A stretch of DNA of 64,000 bases, taken from positions 124,001-188,000 of IMG/VR virus record IMGVR_UViG_3300002835_000007, one strand, 5' to 3'. Position numbers and translations under genes: made by a program. Under the pieces are notes generated by a model. That model saw only the letters and a program-made list of their open reading frames with translations. It was not told the DNA's origin and made no database searches. Positions 1-9,754 of the stretch are shown here, one piece after another. Every line of letters starts with the position of its first letter. Positions within the stretch are counted from its first letter, which is position 1.

Positions 1-207
1 CAGTTGTAAATGACGTAGTTATGCCTTCGTTAAGTAAGGTTGAATTTGAAGATGCTGGAATGTTCATAACTGGTAACTACGTGGTAATCACCACGAAAGA
101 ATATAATGAAGAGATTAAAGAAGTTATCCAAACATCAAAAATATTTCATTTAAATGAGATAAATTCTTATAGAACACATAATAAAAAATAAATAAAAATA
201 AAAAAGT

Positions 208-675
208 ATGATTTTAAAAAGAAAAGAAAAAGACGGAATCGTAAAAGCAATTTATTCGTCATCAAACATTTGTGCATCGGTTTACAACACTGTTACAAAT
301 GAATTAACAATTATTTTCAGTAATGGAGGCCAATACAAATACGTTGATGTTGCAGCAACTGATTACATGCGTTTTGAAACAGCAGATAGTCAAGGTTCAG
401 TGTTAAACACAAACATCAAAAAATACACTAGCAGCAAATTGGATAATGTTGACACAACTGAAATATTAAAAGAAGTAGAACAAATTAAAGATTTAGAAGT
501 ATCACAGATTACACCAGATGCTGCTGTAAAAGAAATGTTACAAAACATGAGTGATATTATCAGCAACTATTTGAAAAATGGTAATGTAACAACAGCTTCA
601 TTAACTGGATTAAAAGATAAAATTTCAACTTTTGAAAAAGTTAAAAATTTAAAACCAGAAATTGTCCATGAATAA
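208..675 (+). CDS. KTSC domain protein
   Basis: N-half SSNICASVYNTVTNELTIIFSNGGQYKYVDV...F..ADSQGS..N..IK matches the KTSC pattern. Confidence 0.8.
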   Translation: MILKRKEKDGIVKAIYSSSNICASVYNTVTNELTIIFSNGGQYKYVDVAATDYMRFETADSQGSVLNTNIKKYTSSKLDNVDTTEILKEVEQIKDLEVSQITPDAAVKEMLQNMSDIISNYLKNGNVTTASLTGLKDKISTFEKVKNLKPEIVHE

Positions 676-1939
676 TCTAGATAAAACTTATACAGATTTA
701 TTAAAAGACATTTTAGAAAATGGTACTCAGAAAGGTGATAGAACTGGAACGGGTACCATTTCTGTCTTTGGGAGACAAATTCGTCACAAAATGAGTGATG
801 GTTTTCCACTTCTTACAACAAAGAAGATGTATATGAAAGGTATTATAACTGAACTTATATGGTTCTTACGTGGTGATACCAACATCAAATACCTTTTGGA
901 TAATGATTGTCATATTTGGAATGGTGATGCTTATAAGAACTATTGGAATAGTATAGAAACCTCAGAATATGATGGATTTGGGCCTACATCAATTAAGTTA
1001 CCAACATTAACACAAGAAGAATTCATCAACAAAATCAAAACAGATGATAAGTTTGCTAATAAGTGGGGTGATTTAGGTCCAGTATATGGTAAGCAATGGA
1101 GAAGTTGGGGTGGTATAGATACAGACTCATTTTTAAATACAGATAATATTGAAGACCCATTATTAGGTGGTAGAGGTTTATTTTTTAAAGAATATGAGAT
1201 AGACCAAATCGCAAACCTAATCAATGACCTTAAAAACAATCCAGATTCAAGACGTTTGATGGTAAACGCTTGGAATGTTGGAGAATTAGATTCAATGGTA
1301 CTTCCACCTTGTCATTATGGATTTCAAGTTTATACAAGAGAATTGAGTTTGGAAGAAAGAAAAGTTATTGCTAAAAAAGTATTACCAATATTAAATACAT
1401 TTTTAGGAAACCAAAGTGAAGAAGGTTGGATAGAACAATGTGAAAAATTAAATATCCCAACCAGAGCAATTTCATTAATGTGGAATCAACGTTCAGTGGA
1501 TACATTCTTAGGTTTACCATTCAACATTGCTTCTTATGGATTGTTATTGGAAATCATTGCAAAAGAAGTTAATATGGTTCCAGATGAATTAATAGGGAAC
1601 TTGGGTGATGTTCACTTGTATTCAAATCATGTTGAACAAGCCATGGAACAGATTGGTAGATACTTGAGAGTTGATGAAAGAGTTTGTATGTGTTATGAGA
1701 ATCCTAAATTGGATTTAAGTAGATTACAAGAAGGAATGAGTGATGAAAAATTCACAAAAGTGTGTGATGAGTTTGAAATACCCAAAAGAACTAGAGAACC
1801 ATATCCATTACCTACACTAAATATTAAACTTCATTTTAATAATGAACCATCATTTGTTCCAGAACAATGGTTGATTGATGATTTTGAAATAATAGGTTAT
1901 AAAGCCCACCCAACTATAAAAGCACCATTATCAAATTAA
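662..1939 (+). CDS. thyA: Thymidylate synthase with several insertions
   Basis: DRTGTGT, FPLLTTKK, ELIWFLRGDTN, LGPVYGKQWR, catalytic LPPCH, QRSVD.FLGLPFNIASY, GDVHLYSNH. Confidence 0.97.
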   Translation: MSMNNLDKTYTDLLKDILENGTQKGDRTGTGTISVFGRQIRHKMSDGFPLLTTKKMYMKGIITELIWFLRGDTNIKYLLDNDCHIWNGDAYKNYWNSIETSEYDGFGPTSIKLPTLTQEEFINKIKTDDKFANKWGDLGPVYGKQWRSWGGIDTDSFLNTDNIEDPLLGGRGLFFKEYEIDQIANLINDLKNNPDSRRLMVNAWNVGELDSMVLPPCHYGFQVYTRELSLEERKVIAKKVLPILNTFLGNQSEEGWIEQCEKLNIPTRAISLMWNQRSVDTFLGLPFNIASYGLLLEIIAKEVNMVPDELIGNLGDVHLYSNHVEQAMEQIGRYLRVDERVCMCYENPKLDLSRLQEGMSDEKFTKVCDEFEIPKRTREPYPLPTLNIKLHFNNEPSFVPEQWLIDDFEIIGYKAHPTIKAPLSN

Positions 1940-1952
1940 AAATTAAAAATAT

Positions 1953-2153
1953 ATGCCAGAAAGAAGCGACAATTATAGTGACTTAATTCCTCACCATAGA
2001 AGGAAAACAAAAGTTAAGGTTAGATTTCCAAATGAATCTTATTTTGAAGAAATGGAAATTAATATTAGTGAATTTAAACCATCAACTGAATTTGACGATG
2101 AAGTATTCGGTTGGTATGGTGATATATACATATCAATAAAGAAAGACAAATAA
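1953..2153 (+). CDS. Small hypothetical protein
   Basis: 66 aa ORF with A-rich leader, followed by a terminator. Confidence 0.6.
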   Translation: MPERSDNYSDLIPHHRRKTKVKVRFPNESYFEEMEINISEFKPSTEFDDEVFGWYGDIYISIKKDK

Positions 2154-2178
2154 AAAGCACCCAAAAGGTGCTTTTTTT
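2153..2178 (+). terminator. Intrinsic terminator
   Basis: AAAAAGCACC CAAAA GGTGCTTTTTTT hairpin plus U tract. Confidence 0.85.
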
Positions 2179-2213
2179 ATTTTTTTACAATATTTATAAT
2201 TAAATATAATAAA

Positions 2214-2459
2214 ATGGCAAAAATAAATGAAGTACATAGTGTAATAGTTCCAGCTAATGCTGCCAATTTAACAGCACATACTTATTCTGAATTGTATGGT
2301 GGCCCTTCTGGTTGTTCTATTGTTTTGAATGGATTAACTATGAATATGGGTGGTGCATCAAGTATTTATATAAACATAAATTCTGTAAGTGGCGGTACTG
2401 GATGTTACTTACTAGGTGTTAATAAAGATGTTATATTAGGTAGTACATCTTTTAAATAA
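2214..2459 (+). CDS. Hypothetical protein, possibly virion-associated
   Basis: 81 aa ORF preceded by TATTTATA at 2191. Confidence 0.65.
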   Translation: MAKINEVHSVIVPANAANLTAHTYSELYGGPSGCSIVLNGLTMNMGGASSIYININSVSGGTGCYLLGVNKDVILGSTSFK

Positions 2460-2475
2460 AAAACAAATTAAACAT

Positions 2476-3570
2476 ATGAAAAATAAAAATTTAATCAATC
2501 CAATTGGTCTTAAAGGTAACGAAATTCATGAGCGTCAATTAGCACTTATGGGTATTAAACCTTTGAATGAAAATGAAAATAAATCTAACCATGCTGTTGA
2601 ATTAACTAAAGTTGGTCCAGATGGTAATGCTTATGCTATCGTTAGAGAAAACCATGAATATTACATCAAAAAAACTGACAAAACAACTGGTTTAGTTTTA
2701 GAAGATTTCAAATATATTGGTGGTCTACAAAACAAAAAATCTGAAGCTTATCCTTCATATGCTAAAGCAATCAAACAATTAAATTTAAAATTCAAATCAT
2801 TATCTGAATCTTATAACAGAGGTGGTGATATTAACGTATTTGAAGATGATAATTTATTAGAACACCACACTGGTATGAAAGATAACGCTTCATTAAGTGC
2901 TACTAAAGGTGTTGGTGACAATACAGAATATATTGTTGATAAAGCTGGTACTCCGTTATCCAACAAAGCTAAAGAAGGTAAAGAAGAAGGTCAATTCGGT
3001 GACAATGTTGCTGATAAAGATGCTGCTGATGAATTTGAAAAAGTAAACGTTAGCGAAGCATTTGGTATGGGCTTTACTGGTGAAGGTAATTTACATGGGA
3101 ATAAAGCATACATGGGTGATGACATGGAAATGACTGAAGAAGAGATGGCTATTCAAGAAATAATAGATAGAATGGCAGAAGAAGAAAAAGAATACTCTGA
3201 TAAACAAAAAGATTTAGCTGCTTTAGGTGGTGACCCAACAAAAATTGATGGTGAAGATTTCGCTAAATTAAGAGGTGGGGTTGAGTTGGAAGAAATTACA
3301 GTGTCTTCAAGTCAAGTTCATGACTCAATGAGTGTAAATGCATTAGAAAAAGTATTAGATTATTATAGAGATTTATACCGTAATTCTAACGGTAATGAAA
3401 ACATTAAAAATTTAATGGATGACACAGAAGGTAAGTTAAGAGTTTTAAAAACACCAACTACGTCTTCAGTTAAAACAGATGTTGGTCCTTATGGTCATAG
3501 TTTAGAAGAATCTATCAATAGATTAGATACACTTTTAGATGGTGAATTAAAAAAAAAAGCACTAAAGTAA
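2476..3570 (+). CDS. Acidic hypothetical protein; N-terminal part of a putative frameshift fusion
   Basis: 364 aa ORF ending ELKKKALK* across an A10 run. Confidence 0.75.
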   Translation: MKNKNLINPIGLKGNEIHERQLALMGIKPLNENENKSNHAVELTKVGPDGNAYAIVRENHEYYIKKTDKTTGLVLEDFKYIGGLQNKKSEAYPSYAKAIKQLNLKFKSLSESYNRGGDINVFEDDNLLEHHTGMKDNASLSATKGVGDNTEYIVDKAGTPLSNKAKEGKEEGQFGDNVADKDAADEFEKVNVSEAFGMGFTGEGNLHGNKAYMGDDMEMTEEEMAIQEIIDRMAEEEKEYSDKQKDLAALGGDPTKIDGEDFAKLRGGVELEEITVSSSQVHDSMSVNALEKVLDYYRDLYRNSNGNENIKNLMDDTEGKLRVLKTPTTSSVKTDVGPYGHSLEESINRLDTLLDGELKKKALK

Positions 3571-5207
3571 ACGAAGATACAAAATACAAGCTGAAAGTTG
3601 ATGCTCCAGCAGCACCAGCTCCAGCTGAACCTATTTCCGAACCAGCTGATGAGGCTGGTTTTGGTGATTTTGGTAGTGAGGAAGAACCAGTAAAAGACGA
3701 TAAGCCATTTGATGATGAGCCTTTTGACGCTGGTGTTGAAGCTGACGAAGATACCGACCCAAAAAAATTCATTCAACAACTTTCTGGAAAATTAGGTGAA
3801 GCACTTAGAGGTTATACAAAAGAACAAGGTAAACCAGATTTTGAGTTAGAAAAGTTTGCAATTAATTCAGTTATTTCAGCAACAAACACTGCTGAAATGG
3901 ATGAAGAAGATAGAAAAGATATAATCAAAAAAATTAATACATCTGGTGATGATGGTGAAGATAATGAAGATATTAATGCTGATAATCAAGATGATTCCAG
4001 CGATGATTCTGGCGACTTTGGCGATTTCGGTGATGACACTGGTGGTGGCATGCCAGATGATACTGCTGATGATGAAGAAGGGTTACAAGAACTTTCAATC
4101 TATGAAAACTTATTCTTAGATGAACCAAAAAGAAATGAAATGTTTCAACCAAAATCTAATGATTACATGTTTGAAGATGGTGGTTGTTGGCATAATGCTG
4201 AAAGAGTACCTGGAACTAAAAAAGGTGCAAAAGGTTCTTGTAGATTAAAAAAGTTAGAAGAATCTGAAGGTTTATGGGCTAACATACACGCTAAACATGA
4301 TAGAGGTGAAGCACCAGCAAAACCAGGTGATAAAGGTTATCCAGACAAAAAAACATGGGATGAATTAACAGAAACACATGAAAATATGGAAGGTGAAGAA
4401 TCACCTACTAGATATATGTTTTTCAGTAATTTAGAGCAAATGAGAAGACAAGCTGGTTTGATGTTAGATTTAGATGAAGGTAAAATTGAGGCAATATTAA
4501 ATAGTGGTCATGATTGGGCTGCTGACCATATTGCTGAAGCAAAAAACAACATGGACCAAGTGTTTGATTTCTTAATGAATGAGACTAAAAGTGGTGATGC
4601 ATGGAAATCTGTTGATATGGAAGACCATGAAGATGCATTGGAATACGATGGTTCTACTGAAGGTGGTTACGAAGATGATTATGGTTCAGTTGAGAATATT
4701 AATTTGAATGAAGCCGAATATCAAGGTAGAAAAGTTAAATTAGGAAAACCAACCAAAGGTGATTCTAAAAAATTCAAAGTTTACGTTAAAAACAGTAAAG
4801 GTAATGTTGTTAAAGTTAATTTTGGTGACCCTAAAATGGAAATCAAAAGAGATAACCCAAAAAACAAAAAATCATTTAGAGCTAGACATAAATGTTCACA
4901 AGCTAAAGATAGAACAACACCTAAATATTGGTCTTGTAAAATGTGGTCATCAACTCCAGTTTCAAAAATTGTTGGTGAAGACTTGAAAGAATCGATAAAA
5001 AGTAGTATATTTGATAAAAAATATCTAACTATGAAAATTCAAGAAACTTTTAATCATGCAGAGCCAATGGTTGAACCACAAGTTAAACCACAAGTTAAAC
5101 CTAACCCAAGTGAAGTTAAACCTAATGATTTACCTAGCAGAAGAAACAAACCGTATACTATTGAACCTAATACGTTGCCAAAAACAGACCCAAAAGCAAG
5201 TAAATAA
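3546..5207 (+). CDS. -1 frame continuation (includes track ORF 3897-5207); acidic modular putative head protein
   Basis: Frame is open from TGA 3543-3545 to 5207; 3558-3896 reads STKVNEDTKYKLKVDAPAAPAPAEP...DPKKFIQQLSGKLGEALR...EKFAINSVISA with no ATG; C-part has basic Cys/Trp module KVNFGDPKMEIKRDNP..KSFRARHKC...YWSCKMW. Confidence 0.7.
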   Translation: MKKKSTKVNEDTKYKLKVDAPAAPAPAEPISEPADEAGFGDFGSEEEPVKDDKPFDDEPFDAGVEADEDTDPKKFIQQLSGKLGEALRGYTKEQGKPDFELEKFAINSVISATNTAEMDEEDRKDIIKKINTSGDDGEDNEDINADNQDDSSDDSGDFGDFGDDTGGGMPDDTADDEEGLQELSIYENLFLDEPKRNEMFQPKSNDYMFEDGGCWHNAERVPGTKKGAKGSCRLKKLEESEGLWANIHAKHDRGEAPAKPGDKGYPDKKTWDELTETHENMEGEESPTRYMFFSNLEQMRRQAGLMLDLDEGKIEAILNSGHDWAADHIAEAKNNMDQVFDFLMNETKSGDAWKSVDMEDHEDALEYDGSTEGGYEDDYGSVENINLNEAEYQGRKVKLGKPTKGDSKKFKVYVKNSKGNVVKVNFGDPKMEIKRDNPKNKKSFRARHKCSQAKDRTTPKYWSCKMWSSTPVSKIVGEDLKESIKSSIFDKKYLTMKIQETFNHAEPMVEPQVKPQVKPNPSEVKPNDLPSRRNKPYTIEPNTLPKTDPKASK

Positions 5208-5620
5208 TGAAAGATTTGTTTTTAATTTACATGAATAAAATAGGTAAGGACTACAAAGAAAACTACCTATACGAATTTATATTTTCAGACTCAATAGTTG
5301 ATATTGATGGAGATGACTGGGATACTTTTCCAGCCTCTGGAAGACCATCAGCACCACACGACCATTTTATTAAAAAGGTTGGTAGGTTAGAGTCTGAAAT
5401 TAAATTTGATGTAATACAAGATAGCGATACTTTTGCTGTTTGGGATGCCATAGATGGTGTTATAGCATTAGCATGGGAAAACATCAACGCATATGATTCT
5501 TACCCAGAAAAACGAATTTGCTTTAAATTTGGTGAACCAATAAGTGTAGTTGAAACTAAACTTTATGAAAAAGACCTAACATTACAATATAATAAAAATA
5601 ATCATGAAAAACAAAAATAA
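5207..5620 (+). CDS. Hypothetical protein
   Basis: 137 aa ORF overlapping the upstream stop (TAATG). Confidence 0.75.
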   Translation: MKDLFLIYMNKIGKDYKENYLYEFIFSDSIVDIDGDDWDTFPASGRPSAPHDHFIKKVGRLESEIKFDVIQDSDTFAVWDAIDGVIALAWENINAYDSYPEKRICFKFGEPISVVETKLYEKDLTLQYNKNNHEKQK

Positions 5621-6251
5621 ACTACAAGAAGCTTTAGGAGATGATGGTACTACTGTTTTTACACCGAAAAATGAATTAGCATCAACTGTTGACGCTTTAA
5701 AAGGTAAAAAAGTAGATATCCAAGTAACACCAGACTCATTATTCAATGAAGAAGAAGATATTGATGCTGTTATTGAACCACAAGACCAAGCAACAATAAA
5801 ATATTTATCAAATGTGGTTGATGACAAAACTGGTAAAATATCACAACCATTTGCTATTGGTGACAAAAATTACAGAATGGTTAGAGGGGTTAAACCTAAT
5901 AAAGAAGTTGTATTGTCAGTTATGTGTTTAGAGGACAGAAACATTTATGAAGTTGAGCATTTTGAAAAAGAAGTTGCATTACCAATGAAAGAAATGTTAG
6001 AGAAAGAAAACACACAACATGTTGCTAAAGATGATATTGATGAGATAAAAGAAATGGGTTTATCTGAATATAAACACTATGTTGTCAATGAAAAAAGTAA
6101 TAGTTTTAAAAAATTCAAAACAATCCAAGAATTAGTTAAGAACGGATTAAGTGAAGAAGAAAAATATATGAATCTAAGAGAATTTAAAAAATTCTATGAA
6201 GGTAAAGTGTTTGGTAAAAAACAAATAACTGATGAAGGTTCAGAACAATAA
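5604..6251 (+). CDS. Hypothetical protein
   Basis: 215 aa ORF in operon. Confidence 0.75.
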   Translation: MKNKNKLQEALGDDGTTVFTPKNELASTVDALKGKKVDIQVTPDSLFNEEEDIDAVIEPQDQATIKYLSNVVDDKTGKISQPFAIGDKNYRMVRGVKPNKEVVLSVMCLEDRNIYEVEHFEKEVALPMKEMLEKENTQHVAKDDIDEIKEMGLSEYKHYVVNEKSNSFKKFKTIQELVKNGLSEEEKYMNLREFKKFYEGKVFGKKQITDEGSEQ

Positions 6252-6273
6252 TAAAGTTATAATAAATAAGTAA

Positions 6274-7578
6274 ATGAGTAATTATAAAAAAATAGCAGAA
6301 GAAGCACTTAAAAAGTCATTATTAGGTAAGCAATTGAAAGGTGAAAAAAGATTGAATGAATCTGTTGTTTATCCAGAAAATATTTCTGAAAGAATGAATT
6401 CTAAATTAGAAGAAGATTTAATCAAAAGAAACCATTCTTTAGGTAATAATGCTGCGTTGCCAGAAGGTGATGATTCATCATTTGAAGAAAAAGTAATGGG
6501 TGAAAGATTTTCTGAAGTAGTTAAAAGATATAAAAGAGTATTTGAGTGTGACTATGTTAACGAAACAGATGTAATGAGAAATTCATTACCTTTAGTTAAA
6601 GAAACTATTGAGTTAGAGAAAAAACACAAAAAGAAGTTAGAAGAACTGGCAGTTAAAATGATTAGAGAAGAATTTGACATGTCAGAAGATATTGTTGAAA
6701 TAAACGCTGAGTTAACAACTGAAATCAATATTGAGGGGACTAAGAAAAACCCTAGACCTATTATTTCCGAAGTTGAGTTTGAGAATCATGATGAATTAAC
6801 TAATGCTAACAAAGAAGTTTATAAACGTAGATTTCTTAACGCTATGATACAAGGTTCAGCTAAAAAATGTAATCACATGTATCACATGGTTGATGATGAG
6901 TTATCTGATTTGGACCCTAAATTACCTAACAAATATTCAAAACTAATGGCTAACGCTGATTACATGTATTACATAATACCAAATATGGAAAACGGTGTTA
7001 GTGGTGGTGTAGTTAGAGTTGATTTCCCTACAAGTGAAAACCCTAAATGTGTTATAACAGCACAAGCTATGGTTTTCCCAGTGCTTATCCATGAATTAGT
7101 TAAAGGTGTTATGGAAATACTTTCAGCACATGGTTTACCAAAAGATAAAAAAATTGGTAAGTTTGTTGTTGATAAAGCAGATTTCTTAGCAGCTGAACCA
7201 TGGGATATGCGTTTAGGTCCAGCACTTTGGTCTCGTTTTACAAATTTATTTGAAGCTGACGATTTCTCTTTAAAACACCATGTGTTTAGTGAATTATCAG
7301 CGTTGCCAGTAGATGAGTTTAACATGAAAATGAAAGAAGTAATGGCTAATACAAAACAAGGTAAAAAAATTATAACTGATATTGTAAATGAAGTTAAACA
7401 TGGTTTACAAGAAGAAGAGGCAATGAACGAACTTAATAGTTACAACGAAGCAAATTCCGATGGTTATTCCGATGATGAAGGGTTTGATATTGAAGACCTT
7501 ATGAATGATACTAACAATGATGATTCCGATGGTGATGGTTTTACTGATGAAGGGTTTGATATTGGTGAATTATTTTAA
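6274..7578 (+). CDS. Hypothetical protein with acidic tail
   Basis: 434 aa ORF; D/E-rich C-terminus with repeated DEGFDI. Confidence 0.8.
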   Translation: MSNYKKIAEEALKKSLLGKQLKGEKRLNESVVYPENISERMNSKLEEDLIKRNHSLGNNAALPEGDDSSFEEKVMGERFSEVVKRYKRVFECDYVNETDVMRNSLPLVKETIELEKKHKKKLEELAVKMIREEFDMSEDIVEINAELTTEINIEGTKKNPRPIISEVEFENHDELTNANKEVYKRRFLNAMIQGSAKKCNHMYHMVDDELSDLDPKLPNKYSKLMANADYMYYIIPNMENGVSGGVVRVDFPTSENPKCVITAQAMVFPVLIHELVKGVMEILSAHGLPKDKKIGKFVVDKADFLAAEPWDMRLGPALWSRFTNLFEADDFSLKHHVFSELSALPVDEFNMKMKEVMANTKQGKKIITDIVNEVKHGLQEEEAMNELNSYNEANSDGYSDDEGFDIEDLMNDTNNDDSDGDGFTDEGFDIGELF

Positions 7579-7601
7579 ATTAAACTAACATAAAATAATA
7601 G

Positions 7602-7626
7602 TAAGGGCCCTTAGTTAGGGCCCTTA
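7602..7626 (+). terminator. Hairpin / double palindrome, likely terminator
   Basis: TAAGGGCCC TTAGTTA GGGCCCTTA followed by TTTATTT. Confidence 0.7.
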
Positions 7627-7689
7627 TTTATTTATAATAAACGATTTTGTTTAGTTTGAACATATTTATTAATAAATTGAATTAATTTT

Positions 7690-9456
7690 ATGTTAACTAG
7701 ACAAGAAATATTTAAGGAATATGCTAGGTGTTTAACTAACCCAATTTATGCTATTGAAACATATTTGGAGACGTTTGATAAAACGCAAGAAGGTTTCGTA
7801 CCTTTCAGATTATTTCCTAGACAAAAAGAAATTATATCCGCATACGAAAAGAATAGATTTAACATCGTAACTAAACCTAGGCAAGCTGGTGTATCAACAA
7901 CAACAGCTGCTTATATGTCAATAAAAGTTGGTTTTGCTGACGCAGATAACCCAGAAGCGATTCTAATCATTGCCAATAAGCAAGAGTTAGCTTTCGAGTT
8001 CTTAGCTAAAATTAAAGACTTTTTAGGTCAATTACCTAGATGGGTTTGGGGTAATGAATATTACGGTAATGCTAAAAACGAAGGTAAATCTATATTCCTT
8101 ACGGATTCTAAAAAAGAAATCAAATTACCTAATGGTAGTCGTGTAAAAGCGGTAGCAACATCAAAGGATGCATTAAGGGGTTTTACACCTACATTCTTAA
8201 TCATGGACGAGGCTGCATATATTGATAATGGTGCCGAAGTATTTGGTGCTGCACTTACAGCATTAGGTACTGGGGGTAGAGCAACGCTTATTTCCACACC
8301 TAACGGTATGGATGCGTTGTATTACAAAACATACGACCAAGCTAGAAACAAAAAGAACAACTTCAACATCATTGAAATGAAATGGTATGAAGATTTACGT
8401 TACAATAAGGATTTAAGATGGTATAAGGGGGATGACACTGAAATAGAATATGAATTTACATTTGCATCTTATAACGCTCGTATAGCCGAAGGTTGGAAAC
8501 CTACATCTTCATGGTATGAAGAAATGTGTAGGGGTATGAATAATGACGCTAAAATGATTGCACAAGAGCTTGATGTATCATTTATCGGTTCTGGGGGTAA
8601 CGTAATCAATGAAGAGTATATTGAATTTCATGAGAAACACAATGTTATGATACCTAAATTCACTAGTGGTTTAGAACAAGAGATATGGGTGTGGGAAGAA
8701 CCTCAAGAAGACCATCAATATATTATGGGTGTGGACGTTTCTAGGGGTGATGGAGAGGATTCATCAACTATTGTTATCATAGATTTTACAACTATGGAAC
8801 AAGTAATGGAGTATCAAGGTAAAATACAACCAGATTTATTGGCTCAAATAGTTGAAGAATACGGTGAATTATACAAAGCATATACAGTTGTCGATGTTAC
8901 TGGTGGTATGGGTGTTTCTACGGTATTGAAACTATTGGAATTTGAATACAAAAGATTGCATTATGATGATTCTAGTGGTAAAATATTATCTGCTAGACAA
9001 AGAGAGTTGACATCATATAACAAACAAAACAAAATACCAGGTTTCCACGCAACAAACGTGCGTCTACCAATGATTTCAAATTTAGAGTATAAGATAAGAA
9101 CCAATGCTGTTAAGATACGTTCTAGTCGAATTATTTCTGAAATGAAAACATTTATTTATAAAAATGGTAGACCAGACCACATGGAAGGTTATCATGATGA
9201 TTTACTTATGTCATTGGGAATGGCTTTGTGGGTTATGGAACATTCATTTAAGAATTTAGAAAGATTAGAAAAACAGACAAAGGCAATTTTGTCTAGTTGG
9301 GTAACTTCTAGTAATGTTCAATCATCCCCAACAAGAACAACAATAAACCCAGAAACAAAGAAACCAGAAACTAAAATAAACCCTAATCACGCAGCATATA
9401 AAAATGTTCAAGACCCTAAAGGTGAATATGCATGGTTATTCGGTAAAATGAAATAA
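7690..9456 (+). CDS. terL: Terminase large subunit (T4 gp17-like)
   Basis: FRLFPRQ Q-motif, KPRQAGVSTT, LIMDEAA Walker B, ISTPNG, nuclease GVDVSRGDGEDSS and HDDLLMS. Confidence 0.93.
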   Translation: MLTRQEIFKEYARCLTNPIYAIETYLETFDKTQEGFVPFRLFPRQKEIISAYEKNRFNIVTKPRQAGVSTTTAAYMSIKVGFADADNPEAILIIANKQELAFEFLAKIKDFLGQLPRWVWGNEYYGNAKNEGKSIFLTDSKKEIKLPNGSRVKAVATSKDALRGFTPTFLIMDEAAYIDNGAEVFGAALTALGTGGRATLISTPNGMDALYYKTYDQARNKKNNFNIIEMKWYEDLRYNKDLRWYKGDDTEIEYEFTFASYNARIAEGWKPTSSWYEEMCRGMNNDAKMIAQELDVSFIGSGGNVINEEYIEFHEKHNVMIPKFTSGLEQEIWVWEEPQEDHQYIMGVDVSRGDGEDSSTIVIIDFTTMEQVMEYQGKIQPDLLAQIVEEYGELYKAYTVVDVTGGMGVSTVLKLLEFEYKRLHYDDSSGKILSARQRELTSYNKQNKIPGFHATNVRLPMISNLEYKIRTNAVKIRSSRIISEMKTFIYKNGRPDHMEGYHDDLLMSLGMALWVMEHSFKNLERLEKQTKAILSSWVTSSNVQSSPTRTTINPETKKPETKINPNHAAYKNVQDPKGEYAWLFGKMK

Positions 9457-9467
9457 AAATTATAACA

Positions 9468-9707
9468 ATGGCAGCAAGATTTATTAGAAAGAATTTATCA
9501 AATTATATTTACAGTTGGTCACCACTACCTAACGATTTTGGTTCTGGTAAAAATAACCGAGATAACGATAATGCAAATAAAAATTATTGTACCGCAATCC
9601 CTTTTTCTAATGGTGAAGATTGGATTACAACTTATGCTTATTTAGATGTATATGTTGGTTCGACAATAAAACGTGAAGCTTATGTAGCTTGCGATTATGT
9701 GGAATAA
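9468..9707 (+). CDS. Small hypothetical protein
   Basis: 79 aa ORF between terminase and portal. Confidence 0.55.
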   Translation: MAARFIRKNLSNYIYSWSPLPNDFGSGKNNRDNDNANKNYCTAIPFSNGEDWITTYAYLDVYVGSTIKREAYVACDYVE

Positions 9708-9754
9708 CTATTTAATTTATTAAAGATTTAAGTATATTTAAAGAAAAAGAAAAG

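Noticed and set aside
3495-3779. Antisense ORFs 3495-3779 and 3515-3772
   Set aside because: They are shadows of the + strand -1 frame coding region. Other short antisense or nested ORFs in the track (e.g. 11164-11763, 6969-7325, 63398-63655) were dismissed for the same reason.
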